Sequence record: NC_048048.2
Reading direction: 5' to 3' (one strand)
Length of the DNA: 64,000 bases
Part shown: positions 17,928 through 26,541 of the stretch, piece after piece
Layout: each line of letters starts with the position of its first letter
Position numbering within the stretch: the stretch's first letter is position 1
The notes under the pieces: generated by a model
What the model saw: the letters and a program-made list of their open reading frames with translations, nothing else
Databases searched by the model: none
Told to the model about the DNA's origin: nothing
Made by a program: the position numbers and the translations under genes

Positions 17928-18533
17928 ATGGACCGCCGTTCATTCTTGGCCGCAGGCCTCGCTACCGCCCTGGCGCCGGCCATCGCCCAGGCCTATCCGC
18001 TCACCGATCCGACCAAGCTGATCGATAGCTTCCTGATCGACCGTGTCACCAGCGGTGATCTGGCCTTCCAGCCCAAGACGCCGGCCATGCTCTCCCTGGC
18101 CCGCAATATGACCAGTCGCCTCTTCATGGAGCCGGTGGACACCACCTCCTATCGCCTGTCCGACTGGGGCGTGCAGCGCGGTCACTTCCTGCTGGTCGAC
18201 CGTCTGTTCGATCCCTCCAAGGGTGGCGCCAAGAAGCTGATCCGTGACGTCTACGCGCTGAGCAAGGAACACCACCGTGATCCTGCGGGGCGGCGCTTCG
18301 TGCCCGTCACCGGCGGCCGTGATCGTGATCTGATCGCCCGCATGCAGTCGCGCGATCGCGCGCCCGGCGGCATCGTCACCACCACCCTGACCCGCGCCCA
18401 GGCCCAGCAGAACGACTGGCGCATGGCCTTTCTGCGCGCCGGCCGCCTGCGTCCGTCGGGCTACCTGCACACCAGCGACATCCTGCTGCTGGAGCCGACA
18501 GCGGCCTTCCCCAAGCTGACGCGTGTGGCATGA
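17928..18533 (+). CDS. Tat-signal exported protein
   Basis: MDRRSFLAAGLATALAPAIAQA/YP. Confidence 0.8.
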   Translation: MDRRSFLAAGLATALAPAIAQAYPLTDPTKLIDSFLIDRVTSGDLAFQPKTPAMLSLARNMTSRLFMEPVDTTSYRLSDWGVQRGHFLLVDRLFDPSKGGAKKLIRDVYALSKEHHRDPAGRRFVPVTGGRDRDLIARMQSRDRAPGGIVTTTLTRAQAQQNDWRMAFLRAGRLRPSGYLHTSDILLLEPTAAFPKLTRVA

Positions 18534-18847
18534 TCCCGCCTCCGATCGTCCAGGACCAGCATAAGGTCGAGACCTACTTCGTCGTCCACGCCCAGGCGCG
18601 GTCGACCAAGAACGGCAGCGTCTGGCCGATCTACCTCGCAGGTGACCGGGTCCTGAAGGGCTGGGCGCAGTATCCCTACCACATGACCGGCGACCCGCCG
18701 TTTCGGTTCCAGGCCATAGAGGCGGCTAGGGCCGCCGCCGCCAAGGACACCGTCGGCTACAAGGTCGAGAACATCGTGGTCACCGAGCACGTTGTCGATA
18801 CCCGCACCACCATCAGGACGATCGATCACCGATGCACTACGACCTGA
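18530..18847 (+). CDS. hypothetical protein
   Basis: ATGA overlap. Confidence 0.7.
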   Translation: MIPPPIVQDQHKVETYFVVHAQARSTKNGSVWPIYLAGDRVLKGWAQYPYHMTGDPPFRFQAIEAARAAAAKDTVGYKVENIVVTEHVVDTRTTIRTIDHRCTTT

Positions 18848-19086
18848 AGCAAGAACTGTGCATCATGGGCGAGGACGTGGAACGCGACCTCGACGTCCAT
18901 GGCGGCTTCGATTGGATGGTGCTGTCCTATTCTGCGACCATCTTCTCCCATCCTGTCCTTGTCGAGCGCTTCGAATCCGAGGAGATAGCGATCCTCGCGG
19001 GACGCCAGCGGATCGAAGATGGCTATCGCCATGTCGACGTCGTCAAGCAAGTCGCCTATTCCTGTGTCCCCTGGATCGAGGACTGA
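18832..19086 (+). CDS. hypothetical protein
   Basis: overlapping ORF filling the gap. Confidence 0.65.
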   Translation: MHYDLKQELCIMGEDVERDLDVHGGFDWMVLSYSATIFSHPVLVERFESEEIAILAGRQRIEDGYRHVDVVKQVAYSCVPWIED

Positions 19087-19089
19087 CCC

Positions 19090-19839
19090 ATGAGCATCAC
19101 CCGCCGCGCCATCCTGGCCTCCGCCGGCCTTGCCGGAGCCCTCTTCGCCGTGCCGGCGATCGCCAAGGCGCCGGTGAGCGAGCGCATCGAAAAGTGGCTG
19201 GCCCAGATGGTCCACGACGGCAACTACTCGGTCCATGTCCAGGCGGTCGATCCCGAGGTGCTGGAAGCCTTGCGCGCCGGCGCGCTCGCTGAGCAGCATG
19301 ACGCCTGGGTCCCTGACAGTCCCTCCAACGTCGTCACCATCTCCCGCCGCGACATGGTTCGCCTGACGCCGCGCGGCGTCGAGATGGGACAGGTCTTCCT
19401 GGCCGCCCGCCTGGGCCTGCACGCGCGCTACCTGATGGCCCAGGCGATCGACACCAAGCCCGCCAAGCCGGGCTATGCCTACAAGGTTTTGCGCGGCAGC
19501 GAGGCCGAGAACGCCAACTTCAAGCGGTTGTTCGGCAAGGCCTATTCCAACGGCGCCTTGCCGCGCACGGTCTTGACGCCCGAGCAGGCGGCCAAGGGTG
19601 ACTGGCGCATGGTCCTGCTGCGCGAGGCCTATCTTCGCTCCGTCGCCGCTGGCTCGACTCTCATCGCCCTGGAGCGCACACCCGCCGGGCAGGACTGGTA
19701 TCAGGCCTGCCTGATCGACCAGCAGTACGATCGCGTCGAGGCGCGCCTCAAGAAGATGGGCATCAAACCTGTCTTCGACATGAACCGGGCCGAGGCCTTC
19801 ATGGTCGACTTTGGTCGCGGCAAGATCGTGGGCGCCTGA
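19090..19839 (+). CDS. Tat-signal exported protein (paralog of 17928)
   Basis: MSITRRAILASAGLAGALFAVPAIAKA/PV; LTPEQAAKGDWRM shared with 17928. Confidence 0.8.
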   Translation: MSITRRAILASAGLAGALFAVPAIAKAPVSERIEKWLAQMVHDGNYSVHVQAVDPEVLEALRAGALAEQHDAWVPDSPSNVVTISRRDMVRLTPRGVEMGQVFLAARLGLHARYLMAQAIDTKPAKPGYAYKVLRGSEAENANFKRLFGKAYSNGALPRTVLTPEQAAKGDWRMVLLREAYLRSVAAGSTLIALERTPAGQDWYQACLIDQQYDRVEARLKKMGIKPVFDMNRAEAFMVDFGRGKIVGA

Positions 19840-20165
19840 TGATCGATCGTCGCGCCCTCCTGGCGGGCCTCTTCACCGCACCCGTGACCCTGCCGGCCAT
19901 CGCCCAGGCCCTGCCCGTCGATCCCGATCCGGGGCCGGGCAAGATGTACCTTGGCGTTGATCCAGGCGCCCGCGACTTCGGCACCGCGATCTGGATGGTG
20001 CAAGACACGAACGGCGCCTACAGGATCACCTGCCACAAGAGCCAAGGTGGGACCTGGGACGACGCCGTCTACCTCTCGACCGACGGTGTCAACCAAACCA
20101 AGCTGATGCCCGGTCAGAGCCTGATCCTGCGCGGTAACGGCGTCATGGAGCACCTGCGTCGATGA
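19839..20165 (+). CDS. Tat-signal exported protein
   Basis: MIDRRALLAGLFTAPVTLPAIAQA/LP. Confidence 0.75.
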   Translation: MIDRRALLAGLFTAPVTLPAIAQALPVDPDPGPGKMYLGVDPGARDFGTAIWMVQDTNGAYRITCHKSQGGTWDDAVYLSTDGVNQTKLMPGQSLILRGNGVMEHLRR

Positions 20166-20548
20166 CCGAGCAATTCACCGTCGAGGAGATCGACCGCTTC
20201 CGCCAGTGGTACAACCACATGGAGGACAGCAATTTCGACTACATCGAGGCCGAGGACGCGCAGTTGGCGATCAAGGTCCACGACCTCGTGGGCCGGCGCG
20301 TCAGCAGCCGCACGCGCGACCTTGCCTTCCCGCCCAAGCACTTCCTGCTCTCCTTCGACGAGGAGGACATGCGCGCCCAGGACTCGGTGTCGGTGACCCT
20401 GACCCTGATCACCATCCTCAAGCACCGAGGCATCGCCTTCGACATCACTTCGGAGTCGACGATCACCCTGGCCTGCGCCGCCGAGACGCTCGACGAGATC
20501 ATGCCCGATCTCCCCGGCTGGCGTCACGCGCCTCTCTACCAGTTCTGA
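20162..20548 (+). CDS. hypothetical protein
   Basis: ATGA overlap. Confidence 0.75.
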   Translation: MTEQFTVEEIDRFRQWYNHMEDSNFDYIEAEDAQLAIKVHDLVGRRVSSRTRDLAFPPKHFLLSFDEEDMRAQDSVSVTLTLITILKHRGIAFDITSESTITLACAAETLDEIMPDLPGWRHAPLYQF

Positions 20549-20560
20549 GCGGACCTGCCC

Positions 20561-20779
20561 GTGACCATCTTCATCGATCAAGTCATCCCGGCCGCTGCGC
20601 GCACGCCCCTTTTCGTGGTCTGCCTGACGCCGCTGAACGAAACCGCGCCGCTCGTCTATGAAACGCGTCCCACCCGCAAGGAGGCCGAGGACTTCGCCTA
20701 TGCCAGCCTGAGCCGAGGCTACCGCCGCGCCGATGTCTTCGAACAGGTTCCCGTCGCTTCCTATAGGATCGAGCGATGA
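20561..20779 (+). CDS. hypothetical protein
   Basis: GTG start, coupled downstream. Confidence 0.65.
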   Translation: MTIFIDQVIPAAARTPLFVVCLTPLNETAPLVYETRPTRKEAEDFAYASLSRGYRRADVFEQVPVASYRIER

Positions 20780-21114
20780 GCGCGCCCGCACCGCCCGGCG
20801 ATCTCGTCGGCAATGGCGACGCCGTCTGGGGATGGGCCGATCGCCTGTCCAGACATACCCACGACCTGCACAAGAGCCGCGAGCTTTGGCAGCAGATCGT
20901 CCAGGGCGACATGTTCTGCGGCTCGTGTCGGCTGTGGATGACCAAGTCCTGTCCCCGTGAGCACAATGACGGTCTCTCCGGCTACAGCCGAGGTCCGTCC
21001 AGCGGAGCCTTGAAGTGCAGTCAGTACCAGATCAGCCCGTCGGCGGCGAAGCTCCTGGAGGAGCGCAAGGCGCAGTACCAGGAAGTGAGCCTGCGCCTCA
21101 AGGCTGGTGGGTAG
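20776..21114 (+). CDS. Cys-rich hypothetical protein
   Basis: FCGSC...SCP...KCSQY. Confidence 0.7.
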   Translation: MSAPAPPGDLVGNGDAVWGWADRLSRHTHDLHKSRELWQQIVQGDMFCGSCRLWMTKSCPREHNDGLSGYSRGPSSGALKCSQYQISPSAAKLLEERKAQYQEVSLRLKAGG

Positions 21115-21488
21115 ACTGGTCCTATGAGGACGGTCTTCGCCAGCAGGAGGCTCGCCGCGAGAAGTGGTTCCAGAACCTGCTGATCAACGCCTCCTGGGAC
21201 GCCTTGGCCAAGATCGCCTGCCCCGACGAAGGGCTGCGCGGCATCGCCCATGATGGTCAACTCTTCTGGTGGAACCCCTGGCTGGCCACCCACGGCGACG
21301 CCATGCGTTGGCTGGACAAGCGCGGTTTCGAGGGCCGCGACGCCTGCATCGAGATGCACTTCGACGAGGACGGCAGGCTCTATCTGACGGCCTGGGACCA
21401 GACGACCTATGACGAGGCCCTGGCCCACCCGTCGCTGAATGGCAAGACCTGCAAGCCCTACCGGGCGCGGCGAGGCCTGCCGCGCTAG
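21015..21488 (+). CDS. Trp-rich hypothetical protein (true start unclear, probably near 21110)
   Basis: phage-like codon use from about 21110; no clean start codon at the junction. Confidence 0.55.
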   Translation: MQSVPDQPVGGEAPGGAQGAVPGSEPAPQGWWVDWSYEDGLRQQEARREKWFQNLLINASWDALAKIACPDEGLRGIAHDGQLFWWNPWLATHGDAMRWLDKRGFEGRDACIEMHFDEDGRLYLTAWDQTTYDEALAHPSLNGKTCKPYRARRGLPR

Positions 21489-21503
21489 TCTGGCACGAGC
21501 CGC

Positions 21504-21545
21504 TTGACAGCCCTCCGGCACTGTGCGAGAAAGCTGTTGACGCAG
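21504..21545 (+). promoter_or_regulatory. promoter of the cassette class
   Basis: TTGACA(21504)-N14-TGCGAGAA followed by a second GCTG-TTGACG. Confidence 0.65.
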
Positions 21546-21562
21546 CCGCCCGGAGGACCTCG

Positions 21563-22069
21563 ATGATCACCGCACTTCAGCTTCAGAACGCCCTGGGCGC
21601 CAACGGCTTCGTGCATGTTCGCACGTCCAAGCCCGGCCAGATCGTCAAGCTGATGCGCACCGTCGAGGGTCTGGCGGTCAAGACGCCCCAGGGCGAGTTC
21701 AAGGAATTTTCCGCCAACGCCTGGAAGCGCGTCGCCGCCTTCGTCAACAAGCAGTTTGGCCTGCGGCGCCCGCCGGCTCCGCGCCTGGACGCGGACGAGC
21801 GCTTCGAGCGCGATCGCCGACTGGCCGACCAAGCCGATGATCGGCTGCGCGAGTTCGACTACACCCTGATGTGGCGTAATCAATACGCCAGCGGCTCCGA
21901 TCATCGTTCGTTCGGGGCATGCCACGCCGTCGATCGCAGGGGGCTCAATACCCTCTGTGGCCGCAAGGTCCCCCAGCACCTGACCACCTACGAGGTCGAC
22001 AATCTCGACTGCCGTCAGTGCATCAAGATCGAGCGCAAGCTGAAATCCCTGGTCTCCAAGGTCTACTAA
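21563..22069 (+). CDS. hypothetical protein with C-terminal Zn finger
   Basis: GGAGG SD; CH...LCG...DCRQC. Confidence 0.75.
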   Translation: MITALQLQNALGANGFVHVRTSKPGQIVKLMRTVEGLAVKTPQGEFKEFSANAWKRVAAFVNKQFGLRRPPAPRLDADERFERDRRLADQADDRLREFDYTLMWRNQYASGSDHRSFGACHAVDRRGLNTLCGRKVPQHLTTYEVDNLDCRQCIKIERKLKSLVSKVY

Positions 22070-23149
22070 GTGCTGCCTGTCGACACCCACGCCAAACTCC
22101 TCACCCGCGACCAGTTCCGCGAGGGCGTCTTCGCGCGCGATGGATACGCCTGCGTCTTCTGCAAGCGCACCGCCGAGGAGACCAAGGAAGGCAAGCTCGA
22201 CGCCCACCACATCCTGGAGCGCCGGCTGTTCCAGGCCCCGCACGAGAAGGGCGGCTATTTCCTCAACAACGGCGCCACGGTCTGCGAGCACCATCATCGC
22301 CTGTGCGAAGCGACGCAAATCTCCACCGACGAGGTCTATGCCGCCTGCGGCATCACGCGGCGCGTCCTGCCCGATCACCTCTACAGCGACTTCGACTACG
22401 ACAAGTGGGGCAACATCGTTCTGCCGACCGGCGAGCGCCTGAAGGGCGAACTCTTCAGCGACGAGTCGGTCCAGAAGGTCATGGCCGAGGCCTCGCCGCT
22501 GCCGGTCTTCAAGCACTACGTCAAGTACCCCCGCACCAATCACCTGCCCTGGTCGCCCGGCCTCAACGACGATGACCGGGTGCTCAAGGACATGGGCGCC
22601 TTCATAGGCGAGCGGGTGATCGTCACCACCAAGATGGACGGCGAGCAGACCAACATGTACCGGGACCACTTCCACGCCCGGTCGGTCGAGAGCGCCCACC
22701 ACGAAAGCCAGGGCTGGGCCAAGAACTTCTGGTCGCAGATTTGCGGTGACATTCCCGAGGCATGGCGCGTCTGCGGCGAGAACCTCTACGCCAAGCACTC
22801 GATCGCCTACGACAACCTGCCCACCTACTTCATGGGCTTTGGCGTCTGGACCGATCTCAACGTCTGCCTCTCCTGGGACGACACCCTGGAATGGTTCGAG
22901 CTTCTGGGCGTCACGCCCGTGCCGGTGATCTATGACGGCGTCTATGACGAGAAGCTGATCCGGGGGCTCTACGACGAGAAGACCTGGGACACCTGCGAGG
23001 GCTATGTCATGCGCGTGGCGCGGTCCTTCTCCTATGGCGAGTTCCGTTCCTGCGTGGGCAAGTTCGTCCGCGCCGGCCACGTCCAGACCACCAAGCACTG
23101 GAAGCACGGGCAGCGGGTCGAGAAGAACGGCCTGCTGGTCAGCCCTTGA
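22070..23149 (+). CDS. HNH domain-RNA ligase fusion
   Basis: N-term REGVFARDGYACVFC...DAHHI...NGATVCEHHH; C-term KYPRTNHLPWSPG, motif I TTKMDGE, CGENLYAKHSIAY, EGYVMR, KFVRAGHVQT. Confidence 0.85.
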   Translation: MLPVDTHAKLLTRDQFREGVFARDGYACVFCKRTAEETKEGKLDAHHILERRLFQAPHEKGGYFLNNGATVCEHHHRLCEATQISTDEVYAACGITRRVLPDHLYSDFDYDKWGNIVLPTGERLKGELFSDESVQKVMAEASPLPVFKHYVKYPRTNHLPWSPGLNDDDRVLKDMGAFIGERVIVTTKMDGEQTNMYRDHFHARSVESAHHESQGWAKNFWSQICGDIPEAWRVCGENLYAKHSIAYDNLPTYFMGFGVWTDLNVCLSWDDTLEWFELLGVTPVPVIYDGVYDEKLIRGLYDEKTWDTCEGYVMRVARSFSYGEFRSCVGKFVRAGHVQTTKHWKHGQRVEKNGLLVSP

Positions 23150-23613
23150 CGCAGGACCTCCTGGCCCTGGCGCGCCAACGGCGCGAGGAGATGTACGCGC
23201 GCATCGCCGCGCGGATGAACGTCGACTACGCCGTTCAGGCGCCGCCCCCGGAGGCTGGTGACCAAGGCCACTGGCGTCGGCGCCCCGGCGACAAGACGCG
23301 CCTCTCCCTGGTCCGCGAGGTCCAGAAGAACCGCTGCTATCTGTGCGGCAATCCGATGTCGCCAAAGGCCCGTCGCAAAGCCTCCGCCAGTCGCGACCAT
23401 GTCGTGGCCAAGGCGCGCGGCGGCAAGAACGCCGAAAACATCCTCCTGGCCCACACCCGTTGCAACAGCGAGCGAGGCTCCCGCCGCGCCTATCCGTGCG
23501 AACTGATCTATCTCCAGGCCGTCAATCTCGTGCTCGACGCGAGGATGAGGCGCAACAAGCCGCGCGGACATCGCTTCGCCGCCAAGCTGCGCGCCTTGAT
23601 GGAGGGCTCGTGA
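23146..23613 (+). CDS. HNH endonuclease
   Basis: CYLCG...SRDHVVAKARGG...NILLAHTRCNSERG. Confidence 0.85.
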   Translation: MTQDLLALARQRREEMYARIAARMNVDYAVQAPPPEAGDQGHWRRRPGDKTRLSLVREVQKNRCYLCGNPMSPKARRKASASRDHVVAKARGGKNAENILLAHTRCNSERGSRRAYPCELIYLQAVNLVLDARMRRNKPRGHRFAAKLRALMEGS

Positions 23614-24725
23614 AGACCTTTAGGACCAATCGCATCCGTCTAGGCCAGTTTCGCATCCGCGATCGTAGCAACCAGCGCGCCAAGACCGCGATCATGGGCG
23701 CGGTGATCGAAGCCCAGGGTAAGCCGCGCAAGCGCGCCGCCATGCTGGAGGCGGAAAACCACGCCAAGCGCTATCGAGCCCCGCGCGACCTGGGCGAGGT
23801 CCTGCCCAAGCACGGGCCGCCGGCCCCAGAGCCGCCTCCCCCGGAAAAGAACTGGCGCTCCAAGCCTCGGCCTCGATACGACATCGACCATCTGGTGTCG
23901 GTCTATCTTGATCACCGCCGATCGCTGGCCAGAGCCGCGCGCGCCCTGGAGATGCACCCCTCGACCCTGCAAGCCAACCTCAAGCGCCATAGGCCCGAGG
24001 TCCTCCTGCCGAAGGGTCAGCGCTACGATCACGACGCCGCGCTCGAATGGCTCCAGGCCGGCGGGCAGATCGAGGACGTCGCCGCCGCCTTCGCCGTCAC
24101 GCCGACCATGATCGAGGCGATGCTGAAGGCCCGCGCGCCTGACCTCCTGCCGACCAAGCGTGAAGTCGACGAAGACGCCGTCCGCGCCGCCTATCTCGTC
24201 TCGGACCTGGACTTTGGCGACTTCGCCAAGCAGCAGGGCTTGACTCCGCACCGCGCGCGTCGGATCACCAAAGGCCTGAAGCGGCCCTATCGGCGCCACA
24301 AAGCCTACACGATCTCCGCGCGCGACGTGGCGATCCTGGCCAAGTTCGATCAGGAAGGCCTGTCGACACGCACCCTGGCCAAGGTCTTCGGAGTAAGCGC
24401 CCAGCGCATTTCTCAAATCCTGCTCAAGCACGGTCGCAGCCCCAGCCACCATAAACAGCAGAATCAATTCGCCGAACGTCACGCCCGCAAGGAAGCCAAG
24501 GCCAAGGCGCGCGCCGCCCAGAAGGCGGCCTTCAAGGCCAAGCGCGACGCCGACGGGTTCAGGCGCTACGACATCGCCAAGGCCCGCGCCCTCTATCTGG
24601 AGGGGCTGTCCCAGACCGAGGTCGCCCGCCGCGTCGGCGTCCATCCCGTGACCATTCACCTCATGGTCCATCGCGACTTTCCCGAGATCGTCGCCGAACG
24701 CGCCCGTCTGCGAAAGAAGGCTTGA
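23610..24725 (+). CDS. tandem multi-HTH DNA-binding protein
   Basis: five HTH-like segments, e.g. LSTRTLAKVFGVSAQRISQIL and LSQTEVARRVGVHPVTIH. Confidence 0.75.
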   Translation: MKTFRTNRIRLGQFRIRDRSNQRAKTAIMGAVIEAQGKPRKRAAMLEAENHAKRYRAPRDLGEVLPKHGPPAPEPPPPEKNWRSKPRPRYDIDHLVSVYLDHRRSLARAARALEMHPSTLQANLKRHRPEVLLPKGQRYDHDAALEWLQAGGQIEDVAAAFAVTPTMIEAMLKARAPDLLPTKREVDEDAVRAAYLVSDLDFGDFAKQQGLTPHRARRITKGLKRPYRRHKAYTISARDVAILAKFDQEGLSTRTLAKVFGVSAQRISQILLKHGRSPSHHKQQNQFAERHARKEAKAKARAAQKAAFKAKRDADGFRRYDIAKARALYLEGLSQTEVARRVGVHPVTIHLMVHRDFPEIVAERARLRKKA

Positions 24726-24760
24726 CCTTGCTCCGGCATCGTGCGAGAACCCTGTTGACA
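24722..24760 (+). promoter_or_regulatory. promoter of the cassette class
   Basis: TTGACC(24722)-N14-TGCGAGAA then CCTG-TTGACA. Confidence 0.6.
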
Positions 24761-24798
24761 CGCCGACAGGCGCCAACCGCGAACGGAGGGCCAAGACC

Positions 24799-24972
24799 AT
24801 GAAGACCGCTGACCTGGGCCAGGGCTGGTACGCCAACGCCAACGACGATGGCAGCTTCACGATCCGCAATCCCGACAAGGGCCAGCGCATCAACATGACC
24901 GGCGAGGAGGCCAAGCGCTTCGTCGCCCTCTATCGCGAAGCCGAGGCGGAAGTCGCGGGTAAGGCCGACTAA
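24799..24972 (+). CDS. 57-aa hypothetical protein
   Basis: GGAGG SD; MKTADLGQGWY...GKAD*. Confidence 0.7.
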   Translation: MKTADLGQGWYANANDDGSFTIRNPDKGQRINMTGEEAKRFVALYREAEAEVAGKAD

Positions 24973-24974
24973 TC

Positions 24975-25427
24975 ATGAAGCTTGGCCCCAACGACATGTT
25001 CGTCGTCCGTGATGTCATGGGCGGCGTCGCCGTGGCCTTCCGCTCGGAGAGCGTCAGCGGCAACCAGAGCCACTCTCTGGACATCGCCCGCTTCGCCTTC
25101 GCGACCTATCCGACGATCGGGGCGGCCCAGGACGCCGCCCTGGCCCTGCGCAACAAGCTCAACGAGGCCCTGGTCAGCGAACGTCTGGCCAGTCTCGTCC
25201 TGACCTCGCCCGAGTGGGACCCCTTGCAGGTCTACATCACGGGCGATCAGGTCGCCTACAACGGCGAGGTCTTCGAGTATTGCGAGGCCGAGCCGACCCG
25301 GCTGGGGAGCGCTCGCCCCGACTACTCGCCCCGCTGGGAGAACGTCAAGAACATCGGCCGGCTCAACCATCGCCGCGCCGAACTGATCCGCCAAAACGCC
25401 ACGCCAGAAGAGGAGTCTGCGTCGTGA
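24975..25427 (+). CDS. protein with CBM5/12 (chitin-binding type 3)-like C-terminal module
   Basis: EWDPLQVYITGDQVAYNGEVFE...RPDYSPRWE. Confidence 0.65.
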   Translation: MKLGPNDMFVVRDVMGGVAVAFRSESVSGNQSHSLDIARFAFATYPTIGAAQDAALALRNKLNEALVSERLASLVLTSPEWDPLQVYITGDQVAYNGEVFEYCEAEPTRLGSARPDYSPRWENVKNIGRLNHRRAELIRQNATPEEESAS

Positions 25428-25942
25428 ACCACAACGAAATGGCCGTCCTCTACGTCACCGACCGCTGCGATGACGACGGCGACACCTACATCTTCCTGAC
25501 CTTCGACAACGAAGACGAGGCCAATGCCCTGGAGCGCCGGCTGTCGTCGGCCCTGTCGCGCACCCACAGCAACGACGGCCTCTCGTACGAGGCCTATCGC
25601 CGCCGGCGCCTTGCCGCGCTCGTCGAGGTCGAACCGGCCCTGGACAGCTTCTCGCCTTTCCACGAGATGAACCACCAGCGCATGTCGTTCCACGTCGACG
25701 TGGTCCCGCTGCGGCAGGCGCCGCGCACTCGCATGCAGGTCAGCCAGCACCAGCCCTCGGCGATCGCCCAGGACATCGGCCGCCAGGAGATCGACTCGCT
25801 GCGCCTCGCCGGCATGAACGTCGAGCGCGCCCTGCTGGAGCACGCCTATCACATCCTGCTGGCGGACATGCCTCGGCATGAGATCAACGACAGCGCCACC
25901 ATGGCCGCCATCCGCGCGGTCGTCATCGACAAGGTTGCCTGA
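25424..25942 (+). CDS. hypothetical protein
   Basis: GGAG SD, GTGA overlap. Confidence 0.75.
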   Translation: MNHNEMAVLYVTDRCDDDGDTYIFLTFDNEDEANALERRLSSALSRTHSNDGLSYEAYRRRRLAALVEVEPALDSFSPFHEMNHQRMSFHVDVVPLRQAPRTRMQVSQHQPSAIAQDIGRQEIDSLRLAGMNVERALLEHAYHILLADMPRHEINDSATMAAIRAVVIDKVA

Positions 25943-25943
25943 C

Positions 25944-26261
25944 ATGGACATGTTCGAAAACGCCACCAACATCGCCTGCGCCGTGATGGCCGTATGGTTC
26001 GCCGGCGCCGTCTGCTATCTGGTCGTCATGATCGCCCTGGCGTTGATTTCCAATGCGATCAGCGCGACGTTCAAGTGCGAGAGCGCCCTGACCGCCGCGA
26101 TCGGCGTGCAGATGGACCGCTTCGGCTACGACGCCAACGCCCTGACGGTCGCGGCCGTCTGGTTCATCGCTGTCCCGTTCCACATCCTGTGGACGATCAC
26201 CGACACGATCAAGGCCCTGCGCGCCAAGAAGCCCTCGGAGCCCTACCAGGGCTGCGTCTGA
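25944..26261 (+). CDS. two-TM membrane protein
   Basis: two hydrophobic segments. Confidence 0.7.
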   Translation: MDMFENATNIACAVMAVWFAGAVCYLVVMIALALISNAISATFKCESALTAAIGVQMDRFGYDANALTVAAVWFIAVPFHILWTITDTIKALRAKKPSEPYQGCV

Positions 26262-26264
26262 CCC

Positions 26265-26444
26265 ATGATCACCGCGCAGGAAGAACGCGACGCCCGCGAG
26301 GAGGGCTGGCAGGCGGCCAAGGCCGGCAAGCGCAAGTCCTCCAATCCCCACTTCGGGACGCGCGGGCGCGCCTGGGCGCAAGGCTGGATCGCCGGCAAGG
26401 ATGACAGCGAGACGCCGCAGCGGCCTGACCTCGACGAGGCGTGA
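26265..26444 (+). CDS. Rmf/CrpP-like small protein
   Basis: EEGWQAAKAGKRKSSNPH...RAWAQGWIAG. Confidence 0.65.
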   Translation: MITAQEERDAREEGWQAAKAGKRKSSNPHFGTRGRAWAQGWIAGKDDSETPQRPDLDEA

Positions 26445-26541
26445 GATCGTGATGGCCTGAGGCCGTGACGAAGTGAGAGTTTGAAGTCGCGAGCGGGTCG
26501 CCGAAGGCGGCGCGTGATGCGTCCATAAGCAAGGAACCCAG

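Noticed and set aside
19839-20165. RuvC/RNase H call from YLGVDPG
   Set aside because: only the first strand motif is present; the protein is 108 aa with a Tat peptide and lacks the other acidic residues
21485-23365. 626-aa minus-strand ORF
   Set aside because: antisense shadow of strongly GC3-biased plus-strand genes with recognisable motifs; no SD, promoter or domain
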